64,000 bases of DNA from Eledone cirrhosa (GCA_964016885.1 OZ024747.1:32922001-32986000), one strand, 5' to 3'; counted from the first letter of the stretch, positions 43,801 through 54,764 are shown. Numbers and translations are program-made. Notes: generated by a model not told the origin, from the sequence alone.

Positions 43801-44448
43801 CCAACCGTGCACACTTGCACCTCTCTAAGACAATGTCACTGGATCGAGATCTTTGGCGCCATGCAGTATACAGAAGACCTGCCTTCCCTACATGCAAAGT
43901 TAACCTACAGTCAGTAGGCACCTCCAAACCAAACATACAACCCAACCCACTACCCCTACTCCATCCTCCCACTCACACCAACCCCACCCTTTCTCTATAA
44001 AGTTATGTTGGTACCACAACATCCAGTCCAAACTAATCAGATTGTGTAGGTATCACGACAAAAAAACACAGTCCACACTGTAATGTGGTCGTGTAAAAAG
44101 CTCCCAGTCCACACTGTAAATGTGGTTGGTGTTAGGAAGGGCATCCAGCTGTAGAAAACCGGCCAGATAGTCCTATACGAGTGAGACATGGTCACCCGAC
44201 TAATCTTGCCTTAAGTGGGACAACTCCCATGTAACCAATGCTAGCGTGGAAGATAGACGTTAAACAATAATGATGATGATGATGATGATGATGATATATG
44301 TATACACACACATTTATATACATACACACATGTATATATATATGGGCCTTCCAGTTTCATTTCACATTATATACATGTATGTGTATATTATAATTATTTA
44401 AAAATTATTTTTAAGTGAGCGTGACCCAACAGTTCACGGGTGGTCTAG
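40851..44448 (+). mobile_element. Non-autonomous Helitron-like unit A (interrupted by the RTE LINE at 41263-44295)
   Basis: A|TC start (TCTATCTGTATACTACTAAAACTCTGTGATTGCTTGCTTG), internal GA/GT microsatellites, 3' short hairpin ACCC..GGGT then CTAG. Colinear with unit B on both sides of the LINE. Confidence 0.65.
41263..44295 (+). mobile_element. RTE-clade LINE (APE endonuclease and RT pseudogene, 3' UTR, (GAT)n tail)
   Basis: APE motifs RVNDRII, SSYAPQSG, IAGDLNGHV, GYGFGNRNEEG; TWWWN; RT region closely similar to 23672-25641. Many stops and frameshifts. Confidence 0.94.
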
Positions 44449-45273
44449 TATAATACTAAAACTCTGTGATTGCTTGCTTGGTTGTCTGTAATGTAATACA
44501 GCCAAAAGGGCACATAATGGGGAAAATACTTGGAAAGGAAATTGAGCCTGAAATGCGAATACAAGTTTCGCGTAAATCGGAGCACGGGTTCCTGAGATAT
44601 GGCGTTTTCCCCGGTTTTTCATAAACAGAGAGAGAGAAGGATAGAGAGAAAGAGATAGTGGTTGTGAGAGAATAGATTGAAAGAGAGAGAGAGGGAGAGG
44701 AGACAGAGAAGGAGAATGGAAGAGAGAGAGACAGAGAGAGAGAGATGGTGGTGTTGTTGTGCATATATATATGTGAGTGTGTCTGTGTATATATATGTAG
44801 GGTATATGTGTGTGTGCATATGTGTGTGTGTGTCTGACCAGTGTATATAGATCACAGACATCCACTTATATATATACACACACACATACATATATATGTA
44901 TATATGTATACACACACACATTTATATATATATACATACATGCACATATATATATGGACCTTCTAATTTCATTTCACATTATATACATATCTGTGTATAT
45001 TATTGGATTGGTAGTGTCGGTAGAGGGTCGGACGCCATGCTTTCCAGCAGAGTTACGTCCCCTTATGACCTGAGTTCAAATCCTGCCGAGTTTGACTTTG
45101 CCTTTGATCCTTACGGGGTCGATATAATAAAGTACCAGTAATGCACTTGGTAATTGCTGGCCTTGTGCCTAACGTAGAAACAATTATAATTATTTAAAAA
45201 TTATTTTTAAGTGAACATGATTTAAAAAAATATCTTGAAGGGAACGTGACCCAACCAGTTATGGGTGGCCTAG
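44449..45273 (+). mobile_element. Non-autonomous Helitron-like unit B (interrupted by a SINE)
   Basis: Starts directly after the CTAG of unit A (TATAATACTAAAACTCTGTGATTGC) and ends ACCCAACCAGTTATGGGTGGCCTAG|T. Confidence 0.65.
45003..45190 (+). mobile_element. tRNA-derived SINE (family A)
   Basis: TGAGTTCAAATCCTGCCGAG (B box), GACTTTGCCTTTGATCC, AAAGTACCAGT, tail GGCCTTGTGCCTAACGTAGAAACAATTAT. Absent from the matching position of unit A. Confidence 0.8.
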
Positions 45274-45304
45274 TATTCACTATATATATGTATATATACA
45301 TATA

Positions 45305-45810
45305 CGTATGTCCAGCTAACCTCAGTTTTCTCTGTGCTACTCTCGAGTTGACTTTTGGGAGGCTCCCGTACAGCTCTGAGTTCTTCATCCTCAGTGTATA
45401 CTGATTAATGTTCAGAGCCATCCTCAGCATTCTCGTGTCGCACCCATCCACCATCTGAGTGAGTTTCTTGGTCAGTGTCCAAGTCTCAGACCCGTACAAC
45501 AGTACAGACTCCACTACAGCAACGAAGAGATGGAACTTCAGGTCTTTACGAAGATCCGACTTCCACACCGATCTCAAGCTGTGGCATGCCGCCCAGGCTT
45601 TGCTCTTCCCCTCGACCACATCCAGAGTAGACACTGCACTCAATGCTCCTGTGAGAGCTCCTGCATGGACACACTGGAAGAGGGAGACCGACGTTGACAT
45701 ATGTTGATGCTCTAAGGACAGACACTGGTCTCTTGGACATGCAGGATGAGGGACAGAGACCGCTGGAGAGAACTTGTCCATGGATCTCGGGAATTTTACC
45801 CACCCTAGAT
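45305..45810. mobile_element. Second-family RTE LINE 3' fragment with an inverted 5' part
   Basis: 45305-45615(-): KAWAACHSL..VESVLLYGSETW..RLAGH. 45615-45780(+): HPE..HGHTGRGRPTLTYVDALRTDTGL. Followed by (CT)n. Confidence 0.8.
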
Positions 45811-45989
45811 ATCTCTCTCTCTCTCTCTCTCTTTCTATCTCTCTCTCTCAGTCTCTCTCTCTCTCTCTCGCTCTCTTTCTCTTTCTCTCTCTCTCTCTAT
45901 CTATCTATATATATATATATATACTAGTTTTTCCTGGAGCCATTAAGATCTCCCTCCTGGATATGTCAATATTTATAAAACAAACTTTG

Positions 45990-46050
45990 TATTTTATCTG
46001 ATGAGAGTGTACCAAAGTTTTGGTACCCTTGAAATATATATAATAGAATA
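45990..46050 (+). ncRNA. Type I minimal hammerhead ribozyme (Penelope-type)
   Basis: Stem I TATTTTAT, core CTGATGA, stem II GAG.GTACCA/TGGTAC.CTT, GAAA, palindromic helix III ATATATAT, cleavage triplet AUA, stem I' ATAGAATA. Confidence 0.8.
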
Positions 46051-46184
46051 AATATGGTTTTATAAATATAGTTTCCATTTATTAATATCATTGATATTAT
46101 ACTCCAGAAAACTTGTCAAGTGCTCTGAACCAGTTATAAACATAAATATTTGTTGAATTACCAACAAATTAAATATCCATTTTG

Positions 46185-46246
<62 letters not shown>

Positions 46247-46267
46247 CACATATATACATATATATAT

Positions 46268-46327
46268 GTCTAACCCAACCCATGCTAGCGTGGAAGATGG
46301 ATGTTAAACGAAGATGATGATGATGAT
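46268..46327 (+). mobile_element. Very short RTE 3'-tail retrocopy
   Basis: AACCCATGCTAGCGTGGAAGATGGATGTTAAACGAA(GAT)n. Confidence 0.75.
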
Positions 46328-46667
46328 ATATATGTTTGTATATAATTAATCAATATTCCTTAGCATGTCCTTTTATTATATAGTAGATTATAAGATTATA
46401 TTACAGGCTTCCAAACAATGCCTTACAAAGGGTATTATAATCTCTTTATGTATGTGGTGACATAAAGTTACTGATATCCTTTCTAATATTCACAGGAATT
46501 CTAGGAACATTAATGAAGTCTCTCGTTTATATATTTACAGCCTTTTATTTACTCTGAGTTTGAACTCATTTTCCTTCACCTTTTCATCTTTAATTGCAAT
46601 TTACCATTAGAAGAAAGTAGCAAAATAGATTTACTTAATTTCTTTGCTGAATTATATAACAGAAAAT

Positions 46668-46860
46668 AAATATGACATCAAAACATTCAGAGTTCCTATC
46701 CTTTTAAAAAAGATGACACAAGGCATACTCCACTCCACTATCAGTAAATATGACATCAAAACAATGGAGACGATGATGATGACGGTGATGATGATCAAAA
46801 TCATCAGAGTTCCTACCCATTTAAAAAGATGACACAAGACATATTCCTCTCAATTATTAG
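46668..46860. repeat. Local ~80-bp tandem duplication; the second copy has a GAT-rich insert
   Basis: AAATATGACATCAAAACA and TCAGAGTTCCTA.CC.TTTAAAAAGATGACACAAG each occur twice. Confidence 0.7.
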
Positions 46861-47496
46861 CCCTGTGAATGGGGAGGTGTGAGAATATATTGTCATCGAG
46901 AATCTATTTTAATATTTTAATTCTCCTAAACTTGCCGCGATGTTGAGCCTATTAATTTATTTCAGATATAAATAAAGGCTTCATTTGCTATTTACATAAA
47001 AGATGTGCTATGATTGTACCAAAATAAATTTGCTGCTCTTGTGATTGTGATTGCCAGTTTGGATTAGAGTGAAAATGTAAGCTAATGGCTAACAAGTTCA
47101 CTATTAGCAAACACATAGGGTCAAAGTTCCTTTGCAAAGATCACTTACATATTTCCTATTTAAGAATAATAGCTTTGAACAATAATATTATTAAGCTTAG
47201 CATGTCAAATAAATCCACAGAACTCTCACTACTCATTCCTGTTGAGATGAAGGAAGATTTTCTCTCTATAAATATCTATTTGAAGTACTTCTACATGAAT
47301 CAATGAAAATCTCAGACTGTGGAATATATGTATATTGATAGACATATACCTAGTTTAAGTAATATGATAGTATGTAGGTGTGTATTTTACAGACATAGAC
47401 ACACATATATATGTATAATAATTAGGTGCCTGTATGGTGTCGAGGACAGGGTAACTACACTTAAAAAAGGAGCTCAATACATTGTAAGAGTACAGG

Positions 47497-47905
47497 CATC
47501 ATCATCATCATCGTTTAACGTCTATCTTCCACATTAGCATGGGTTTAGACGGGAGTTGTCCCACTTGAGGCAAGATTGGTCATCTCGCTTATAGGACTCT
47601 CTGGCAGGGTTTTTACGGCTGGATGCCAACCACATTTATAGTGGGGACTGGCAGGTTTTTACCATGTTACATACATGGCCACATTACAGCGTGGACTGGG
47701 TGTTTTTTTTGTTGTGACACCTACACGACCTCATTTATTTAGGACTGGATGTTGTGGTACCAACATAACTTTACAGAGAAAGGGGTGGTGTTGATGGGGA
47801 TGGGGTGTGGGAGTTGGGTGTATATTTGATTAAGAGGTGCCTACTGACTGTAGGTTTCGCTTTGTACTTAGGCAAGGCGGGTTTTCTGTATTACTGCATA
47901 GCGCC
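47497..47905 (-). mobile_element. 5'-truncated RTE copy (ORF end and full 3' UTR)
   Basis: Reverse complement of the 25245-25641 / 43855-44295 region, with (CAT)n at 47497. Confidence 0.88.
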
Positions 47906-48047
47906 TACTCTGTAACTTCAGTATCTTTATTGTATATAGAACTGGATTAGAACTGTTTCGTTTGTATGATGATTTCATATGAATGAAATAGTTCTAGTTC
48001 TGTAGAAGTCATCAATATTTATAGCTGGGCTTTCAAGATGTTTATGT

Positions 48048-48200
48048 ATCATCATCATCATCATCATTTTACGTCAGCTTTTCCCTGCTTGCAAGGGTGG
48101 GACAGGAACTGATTCTGGCTTGATTTCTACAGCTGGATGCCCTTCCTAACACCAACCTCATTTACAGTGAGTGCTGGGTGCTTTTTTGCCGTGGCACCTT
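48048..48200 (-). mobile_element. RTE-tail/SINE-like retrocopy
   Basis: (CAT)n, then TTTCTACAGCTGGATGCCCTTCCTAACACCAACC and GGGTGCTTTTTTGCCGTGGCACC. Confidence 0.75.
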
Positions 48201-48246
48201 CACGACCACTTTGCAGTGGAATGATATGGACCCCAGTCCCTATCAT

Positions 48247-48390
48247 CTCATTTCTACAGCTGAGTAAACTGGAGCAATGGGAAATAAAGTGTCTTGCTCA
48301 AGGAAACAACACATCACCCGGTCTGAGAATTGAACTCACACCCTTTCGATTGCAAGGTCAATGCTCTAACCACTAAGCCATGTGCCTCCA
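48247..48390 (-). mobile_element. tRNA-derived SINE with a CORE-like domain (family C)
   Basis: Minus strand GGCACATGGCTTAGTGGTTAGAGC (A box), GAGTTCAATTCTC (B box), CCTTGAGCAAGACACTTTATTTC...CCAGTTTACTCAGCTG, resembling the CORE-SINE block. Confidence 0.75.
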
Positions 48391-48683
48391 TATATACAGA
48401 AGCTAGATTGTAATTCTACTTTTAAGTTGAGCCAACTTATACAGATGCATATGCAAATGAAGCTAATCAGCCCAACTACACAGGTGAAAAAAGTATATAG
48501 AAGAAGAAGAAGAAGAAGAAGCTGGTGCTGCTGCTGCTGCTACATGAGCGGCAGCAGGTAGTGTATGCAAAAAGGGAGAACGTTAGAAAAGAGATATCAT
48601 TGTAATAATTGAGAATATAGAAATATAGAACAAACTGATAAGAGGAAAATGGTTGATGAATACTGCTAAGTGAGAATTCTTTA

Positions 48684-49123
48684 GAAGAAGCACCCAGTTC
48701 ACCTTGATAAAAAACGCCCAGTTCACCTCGTAAAATGGTCATGTTGGTGTTACAAGAAAAAGCAACCATTGCACACTGTAAAGTGGTCGTGTTGGTGGCA
48801 TGACAAAATGTGCCCTGTTCATACAGTAAAGTGGAATTGTTGGTAACATGACAAAAGATGCCAAGTTCACACTGTAAAGTGGTTGTTTTTGTGCCACAAC
48901 AAAAAGCACCAAATCCATACTGTAAATTGGTTGTGCTGGTGTCAGAATAAAAAACGACCTGTCCACACTGTAAATGTAGTTGGCATTAGCCATAAAAACC
49001 AAGTCAGAAACAGTTCTGTATAAATAAGACAGGGTCATCTGACCTAACTTGTCCCATGATGGGACAAAATGTCTATCCTATGCTAGCATGGAAATTAGAT
49101 GTTAAATAGTGATGATGATGATG
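48684..49123 (+). mobile_element. RTE-tail/SINE-like retroposon with six 48-bp tandem units
   Basis: Units start at 48709, 48757, 48805, 48853, 48901 and 48949. Tail GATGTTAAATAGT(GAT)n; same subfamily as 21666-21964. Confidence 0.8.
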
Positions 49124-49588
49124 TAAATGACTTTCTAATTTGGTTGAAGTTCAAAATATATTTGAAACTGAATATGTTTGTGGACTTGTATGTGGTGACA
49201 GTATAGTCCTGATGTATAAAGAGTTATGATTTGTATAGAAATTTCAGCTGTTTAAGATAGCTAAGCCAGATACAATTTATAGTAAATGATAAAATAAATT
49301 TGTTCAGCATCAACAAATTAATCAAAATTGTCATTGGTGGTGTATGTCAAGGGAAATGACAAATGACTCAGGAAATAAACTTGATTCAATAGATTGTTGA
49401 CAGAGTTAACACCTTTATATTCTGGAAATTCTGCCAGGAGTTGTGATTGGTAGATAGTATCAGCAATGGAAACATTGTTTCCTTGGTCTGATTTGAAGAG
49501 TTGTACCACACTCGTTAAGTGAGTGAGGTTTAAGATCTTGTGAATTGATTTGATTGACAAAAACGATTCTGGAAACTACTCCAGTAAA

Positions 49589-49770
49589 GACACATGGCTT
49601 CAAGTTTAGGGTGTTTAGCTAATGGTAACAAAGTTGTGAGTTTAATTCCTTGCAGCGCATTGTGTCCTTGATGAAGATATATTAGTTCATGCAGTTCCAG
49701 TTCACTCAGCTGGAAAAATGGGCTGTACCTCTAATTAAAAGGGCTGGCCCTGTCAAGATGAATTTTCCTC
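49589..49770 (+). mobile_element. Decayed SINE (family C)
   Basis: CACATGGCTT...GTGAGTTTAATTCC...TGTGTCCTTG...CCAGTTCACTCAGCTGGAAAAATGGG. Confidence 0.6.
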
Positions 49771-49902
49771 AAATAATATATGAGATGTTTATGCTTTGCT
49801 GAAACTAGAATGTGATGGTGTTCACAACCTCAAAAATTCATAGCGAAAAGTTTTCAAATGTTTTTCATAAACATCTCGTAAATCATTCTATATACAACAC
49901 AT

Positions 49903-49935
<33 letters not shown>

Positions 49936-50440
49936 CATATACACACAAGGATTTATAAATGGAGGTATCCAGTATCCACTTGGTTTTGACTAAGCAAGAT
50001 GGCAGGAAGCTCAATGTGTTGTTAGGATTATTAACTATGAAGATCAAATAATTCCAAGGTAACAGTAAAGCCAGGGATGTAAGATCTGAAAGATTGGAAA
50101 ATAACTGTTATTGCAGATCATTAATATACCTTACCTTGGATTTATTTGACCTGCATGATTAACAATCCTAAAAACACGAGCTTTCCAGCATCTTGTTTAG
50201 TCAAAATCAAGTACATATCTCAATTCATAAATCTTTGTTGAGCTGGTTTTATTTCTGCTAAGATGTTAATCAAAAACTATCTACCAACATATCTGGAAAA
50301 CATATCTGTACAGAATAACCAGACTTACTTAACACTTCTTATTAATGCCATAAACTCATTCATTAAACGGATAAGATGGCATACCATCTTTATGATTAGA
50401 AAAACAAAACAAACAACAAAAAGTCAACCTACCCTCATAT

Positions 50441-50666
50441 TCTTTTTTAATGATCAACTTTCGTCAAAATGGACCGAGGAAACAATGTTTCCATTGGTCT
50501 TTCCAATTGCTAATACTATCTATCGGTAGCAAATCCAGGTAGAAGGAGCAATGTGAAATAAAGTGTCTTGCTCAAGGACATAACGCATCGCCCGGTTCTG
50601 GAATCGAATTTGCAAGCTCACAATTGCTAATCCAATTCTCTAACCATTCAGACATACGCCTTCACA
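50441..50666 (-). mobile_element. SINE (family C) with a 10-bp TSD
   Basis: GTGAAATAAAGTGTCTTGCTCAAGGACATAACGCATCGCCCGGTTCTGGAATCGAA matches 48280-48340. Flanked by ACCCTCATAT (50431) and ACCCTCACAT (50667). Confidence 0.75.
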
Positions 50667-51003
50667 ACCCTCACATATATATGGCTTTAAAATCTCTGGA
50701 AACCCTCCTCGCAAGGCTCTGCAGGACAATTTTGAAGAGGACTTAATTTGATTAAGAACATTAAATTTGAAAATTTGTATATGACTTAAATTTTTCAATT
50801 CTCAATTTCAAGAAACAAAAAAAAAATTTGTATTATCAGATAATATTTACAGTATGGGCTTTATCATATATGAATCATTTATCTATAAAGAATTAAATAA
50901 GAATTACAAAAAGAAAAAAATCTATTACGTTGAGTAATTTGAACACCATAAACAAAGAGGGTAAAAACATTGAAAGCTGGAAAAAATACAGAACCCTTAA
51001 AAT

Positions 51004-51160
51004 AGGTAGTGAATTGGCAGAGCCATTAGAACGTTGGATAGAATGCTTTATGGTATTCATTCTGGCTCTCTGCTCTCTGAGTTTAAATCCTGCCAAGGTC
51101 AACTCTGACTTTCATCCTTTCGAGGTCTATAAAAGAAGTACCAGTCGAGTACTGGGGTTG
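51004..51160 (+). mobile_element. SINE (family A)
   Basis: GGTAGTGAATTGGCAGAG...TGAGTTTAAATCCTGCCAAGGTCAACTCTGACTTTCATCCTTTCGAGGTC...AAGTACCAGT. Confidence 0.8.
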
Positions 51161-51825
51161 ATTCTTCCTCTATATCTCTTTCTCATTTCCTCTCTCTTAC
51201 TTTCTATGTTTCTCTGAAGAAATCTGCTGTACTCAGACCTGGAGAGGGATGGGCTCTGCCAAGCTTAAAATGCCCAAGAAATGCTGTATTTCAGTACAGA
51301 ACCCCTATGACTCAATCAGGAGTTTCAGGACCATGCATACATACCCTGAAAAACCCTAATTTCCCTTTTAAAGACCATAAGTTTGACTTTAATAATAACC
51401 CTTCTATCTGTCTTGTCTCTGATATCATTAGAATTAGCAAATAAATATTAGGCTGAATTATTCCTACTATTAAACAGAAAGTAACACAAAACTAATTAAA
51501 TTCTTACAATTCAATATTAATAACTATTACTCTACTATTTCTTGTATCCTCGTAAATAAAACTTTAATTATTGCTAGTAAATGTACAGACCTAACTAGAT
51601 TTGTAATTAACATTACCCTTGTAGCCCAAAGAAACATAATGGAATTTGATGGTAACCCCTGAACCCCAAAAACGCCCTAATAATTTTGATATTACTGTGG
51701 GATGGAGTTATTCAGCTCAGGTAATCAATTGGTTGGTTTATTCCTTATAAATAAATTAAGGGTAGCTTTTCTCCTTTTCCCCAATAGTTTATATAGAAAT
51801 GACACCGTTTCTTACTTTTAACTGT

Positions 51826-52016
51826 AGTAATAATTGTTTCTACTTTTTGCACAAGGCCAGCAATAACCCAGTACATTACTGGTACTTTATTTTATCGACC
51901 CTGTAAGGATGAAAGGCAAAGTTAACCTCGGCGGGATTTGAACTCAGACCATAAAGGGACATAACTATGCTGCAAGGCATGGCGTCCGACCCTGTACCGA
52001 TACTGCCAATCCACCA
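51826..52016 (-). mobile_element. SINE (family A)
   Basis: Minus strand GGTGGATTGGCAGT...TGAGTTCAAATCCCGCCGAGG..CTTTGCCTTTCATCC...AAAGTACCAGT...GGCCTTGTGCAAAAAGTAGAAACAATTATT. Confidence 0.8.
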
Positions 52017-52801
52017 ACTGTAGTAATAATGATTTAGAGAAAAATGAGAAACATTTACATATTTGTTTTAAAACAACAGCTCAACCATAACTATTGATAT
52101 TAATATGAAATTTGACAATATACTGGATGTTATTTTTGTCCTAAAGACTGGTCTATACAAACCATTTCATAAACCTGGGGAACAGCTCTGACATGATAAT
52201 AATCTGTCAAACCATCCCAGGTCTTTGATTAAATCTCTTTGCCAAGTAATTAGCATAGACTTTGCCATGAAGGCTTAACACAGTGATCCCTCTATAATTG
52301 GAGCAATCTCTCTTGTCTCCGTTTTTTTGAAAATTGTGATTATCAATCCTGATTGCTATTGCTTAGGTGTCTTTCAAGAGATCCAGGCCACCCAGCACAA
52401 ATCTCCTGATGAAGCAATTAGTAAAAGTAATTAGGTAATCGATATTATTGATTATGGATTGCTTCTCTTCATTACTGTAATGCATGTAGAATAAAAAATA
52501 GATGTGTTACATTCCTAAAAGCCTTTGGTTTTCCTTTATATATGTATATATGATCATCATCATTGTTTAATATAGAAATGACTTCTACAGGACTAGAACA
52601 GTTTCATTCATATGAAATCATGGGGGATGCTGTGCATTCTAGATGATTTCATATGAAATGTACATTAATGTATTGTGTACATTTTTTAACTGTGATTATT
52701 CCTTGATTTTACTTGGGATATACACACACATAAATATATATCATATATGTATATATATATATATATATTGGCTTGTTGCTACAAAGTTTTCTATACCTTT
52801 C

Positions 52802-52965
<164 letters not shown>

Positions 52966-52968
<3 letters not shown>

Positions 52969-53467
52969 GGAACAATTATGACCCCGACGGCAGAGCTCAA
53001 GCTGTTTCGACGGCTAATTCTGGACTAAATAAGAATTTTTAGCCTGGTAAATAAATACCCGAACTTCTCAGGGGGTAATTCCTTATATGGGAAGATAGTA
53101 ATTGTCAAAAGGATTCGTCAAAAATTTGTTGTAAAGACAGATAATTCTATCATGGCATTTGGTGGAAGGTAGGGGTAGCTGAACTTTCCGGTAGAACAAA
53201 GAGGGAGTGGGGGAAACGCTTGACTGGGTTTCCCGCATATCCTTTTTGTTCTACCGGCAAGTTCATCTACCCCTAGCTCCCACCAAATGCCATGAGAGAA
53301 TCATCTGTCTTTACAACAAATTTTTGACCAATCCTTTTGACAATTACTATCTTCCCATATAAGGAAAAGTTCGGCTATTTATTTACAAGGCTAAAAATTC
53401 TTATTTAGTCCAGAATTAGCCGTCGAAACGGCTTGAGCTCTGCCGTCGGGGTCATACTTGTTCCTAT
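52966..53467. repeat. ~500-bp fold-back (inverted arms of 252 and 240 bp, 10-nt loop)
   Basis: ATAGGAACAATTATGACCCCGACGGCAGAGC... is mirrored by ...GCTCTGCCGTCGGGGTCATACTTGTTCCTAT. Loop 53218-53227; the left arm has a 12-nt insert at 53067-53078. Confidence 0.97.
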
Positions 53468-53558
53468 TACCCACTCTACTACCCTAAGTATTGAGTACTT
53501 TGGTGCGTTATAGTCCATCTGGTTCCTTACCACATTTCCTTCGTTATATATGTATATA

Positions 53559-53630
<72 letters not shown>

Positions 53631-53637
<7 letters not shown>

Positions 53638-54104
53638 ACTAGAAATTGATTAACATATAAATATACATGAATAATCACAGGAGATAATTTTTGCTCGCGT
53701 GTAACCACGCATAGCTAGTATAGGTAATATTTACCTTTAAGAGTGATTAACCTTCCTTGTATATATCTCATTAAAGAAATATATTTCACCAATTAATCAG
53801 ATGTAAGTCACGGAAAGTGGATATTATTGGATTGTCAACAAGGAAAGTGTAATAATGTCCAGCTATTCGTCCTTACAGAATGAGTTCAAATCTTCATCTA
53901 GCCGTTACCACGTGCTGCGTCTACACAAGATAGCGGTTTCGTTTCAGTGGCGTGAATAGGAAAATGGGATATATACAAGGAAGGTTAATCACTCTTAAAG
54001 GTAAATATTACCTATACTAGCTATGCGTGGTTACACGCGAGCAAAAATTATCTCCTGTGATTATTCATGTATATTTATATGTTAATCAATTTCTAGTTAT
54101 TATA
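53631..54104. repeat. 142-bp near-perfect inverted repeat with a 190-bp spacer
   Basis: 53631-53772 equals the reverse complement of 53963-54104; I see one mismatch (CTCATT vs CCCATT). Confidence 0.97.
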
Positions 54105-54223
54105 ATATGCTCGGATTTATCTTTGAGCTTAATTTCCAGGATATATGGCGCATGCATTATGACATGACACCCATCATTTCGATTTAGATTAAATTCATTT
54201 AATTTATTTTATCTTAATTTTGG

Positions 54224-54297
<74 letters not shown>

Positions 54298-54501
54298 TAA
54301 CCAATATATGAATATATATCAATATATGAATACTAACCAATACTATTACTAATTTTTACTTATTCCTAATTAAACTATTTTTCACTGGGAACAATTTGTC
54401 AGCATTTTCTTTTCCTTTTACCAATATATATATATATATATATATTTCGTTTCTGAATTTGTTTAGCAAGATTCTTTATCTGAAAGCGTGTGTTGAAACC
54501 G

Positions 54502-54593
54502 ATATTGTTATACTTTGGGAGGGTCATGTTGCCAATAAGAAACACACGTGTGTTTCTTATTGGCAACATGACCCTCCCAAAGTATAACAATAT
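54502..54593. repeat. 92-bp perfect spacerless palindrome
   Basis: ATATTGTTATACTTTGGGAGGGTCATGTTGCCAATAAGAAACACAC|GTGTGTTTCTTATTGGCAACATGACCCTCCCAAAGTATAACAATAT; centre 54547/54548. Confidence 0.98.
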
Positions 54594-54715
54594 ATATATA
54601 TATAGTAATAATAATAAATTTGAAGACTAAAATCCAAAGAGGGCTCGATAAGGATAAATATATATCAAATATATAAGAACCGTAGAGCAAATATTTATTA
54701 AAATAACAGATTAAC

Positions 54716-54764
54716 GTTTAAGCAAAGAATCGGTGCTTTCACCCTTAACGGGATCTTCTGAAAC
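54716..54764 (-). ncRNA. Variant or decayed type I hammerhead motif
   Basis: Minus strand GTTT-CAGAAGA-TCCC gttaa GGGT-GAAA-GCA ccgattctt TGC-TT-AAAC. All three stems form, but the core is CAGA rather than CTGA. A truncated second copy lies at 40773-40839. Confidence 0.5.

Larger units (their letters stand above)
49945..52470 (+). mobile_element. Heavily fragmented Penelope-like element (Naiad-like), interrupted by SINEs and other sequence
   Basis: 5' fold-back 49945-50238; N-terminal LENISV..TYLTLLINAINSFIKRIRW (50263), YGFK..FEEDL..IKNIKF (~50680-50770); RT C-terminal ILDVIFVLKTGLYKPFHKP..SNHPRSLIKSL (~52120-52240); hammerhead-like motif at ~52400. Joining these into one element is an inference. 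Confidence 0.6.

Noticed and set aside
48300-48390. tRNA genes at A/B-box motifs
   Set aside because: No full cloverleaf is evident and each motif continues into a repeated SINE body.
48709-48996. CRISPR-like 48-bp periodic array
   Set aside because: Whole units are homologous to each other and to LINE 3' UTRs; there is no repeat/spacer alternation.
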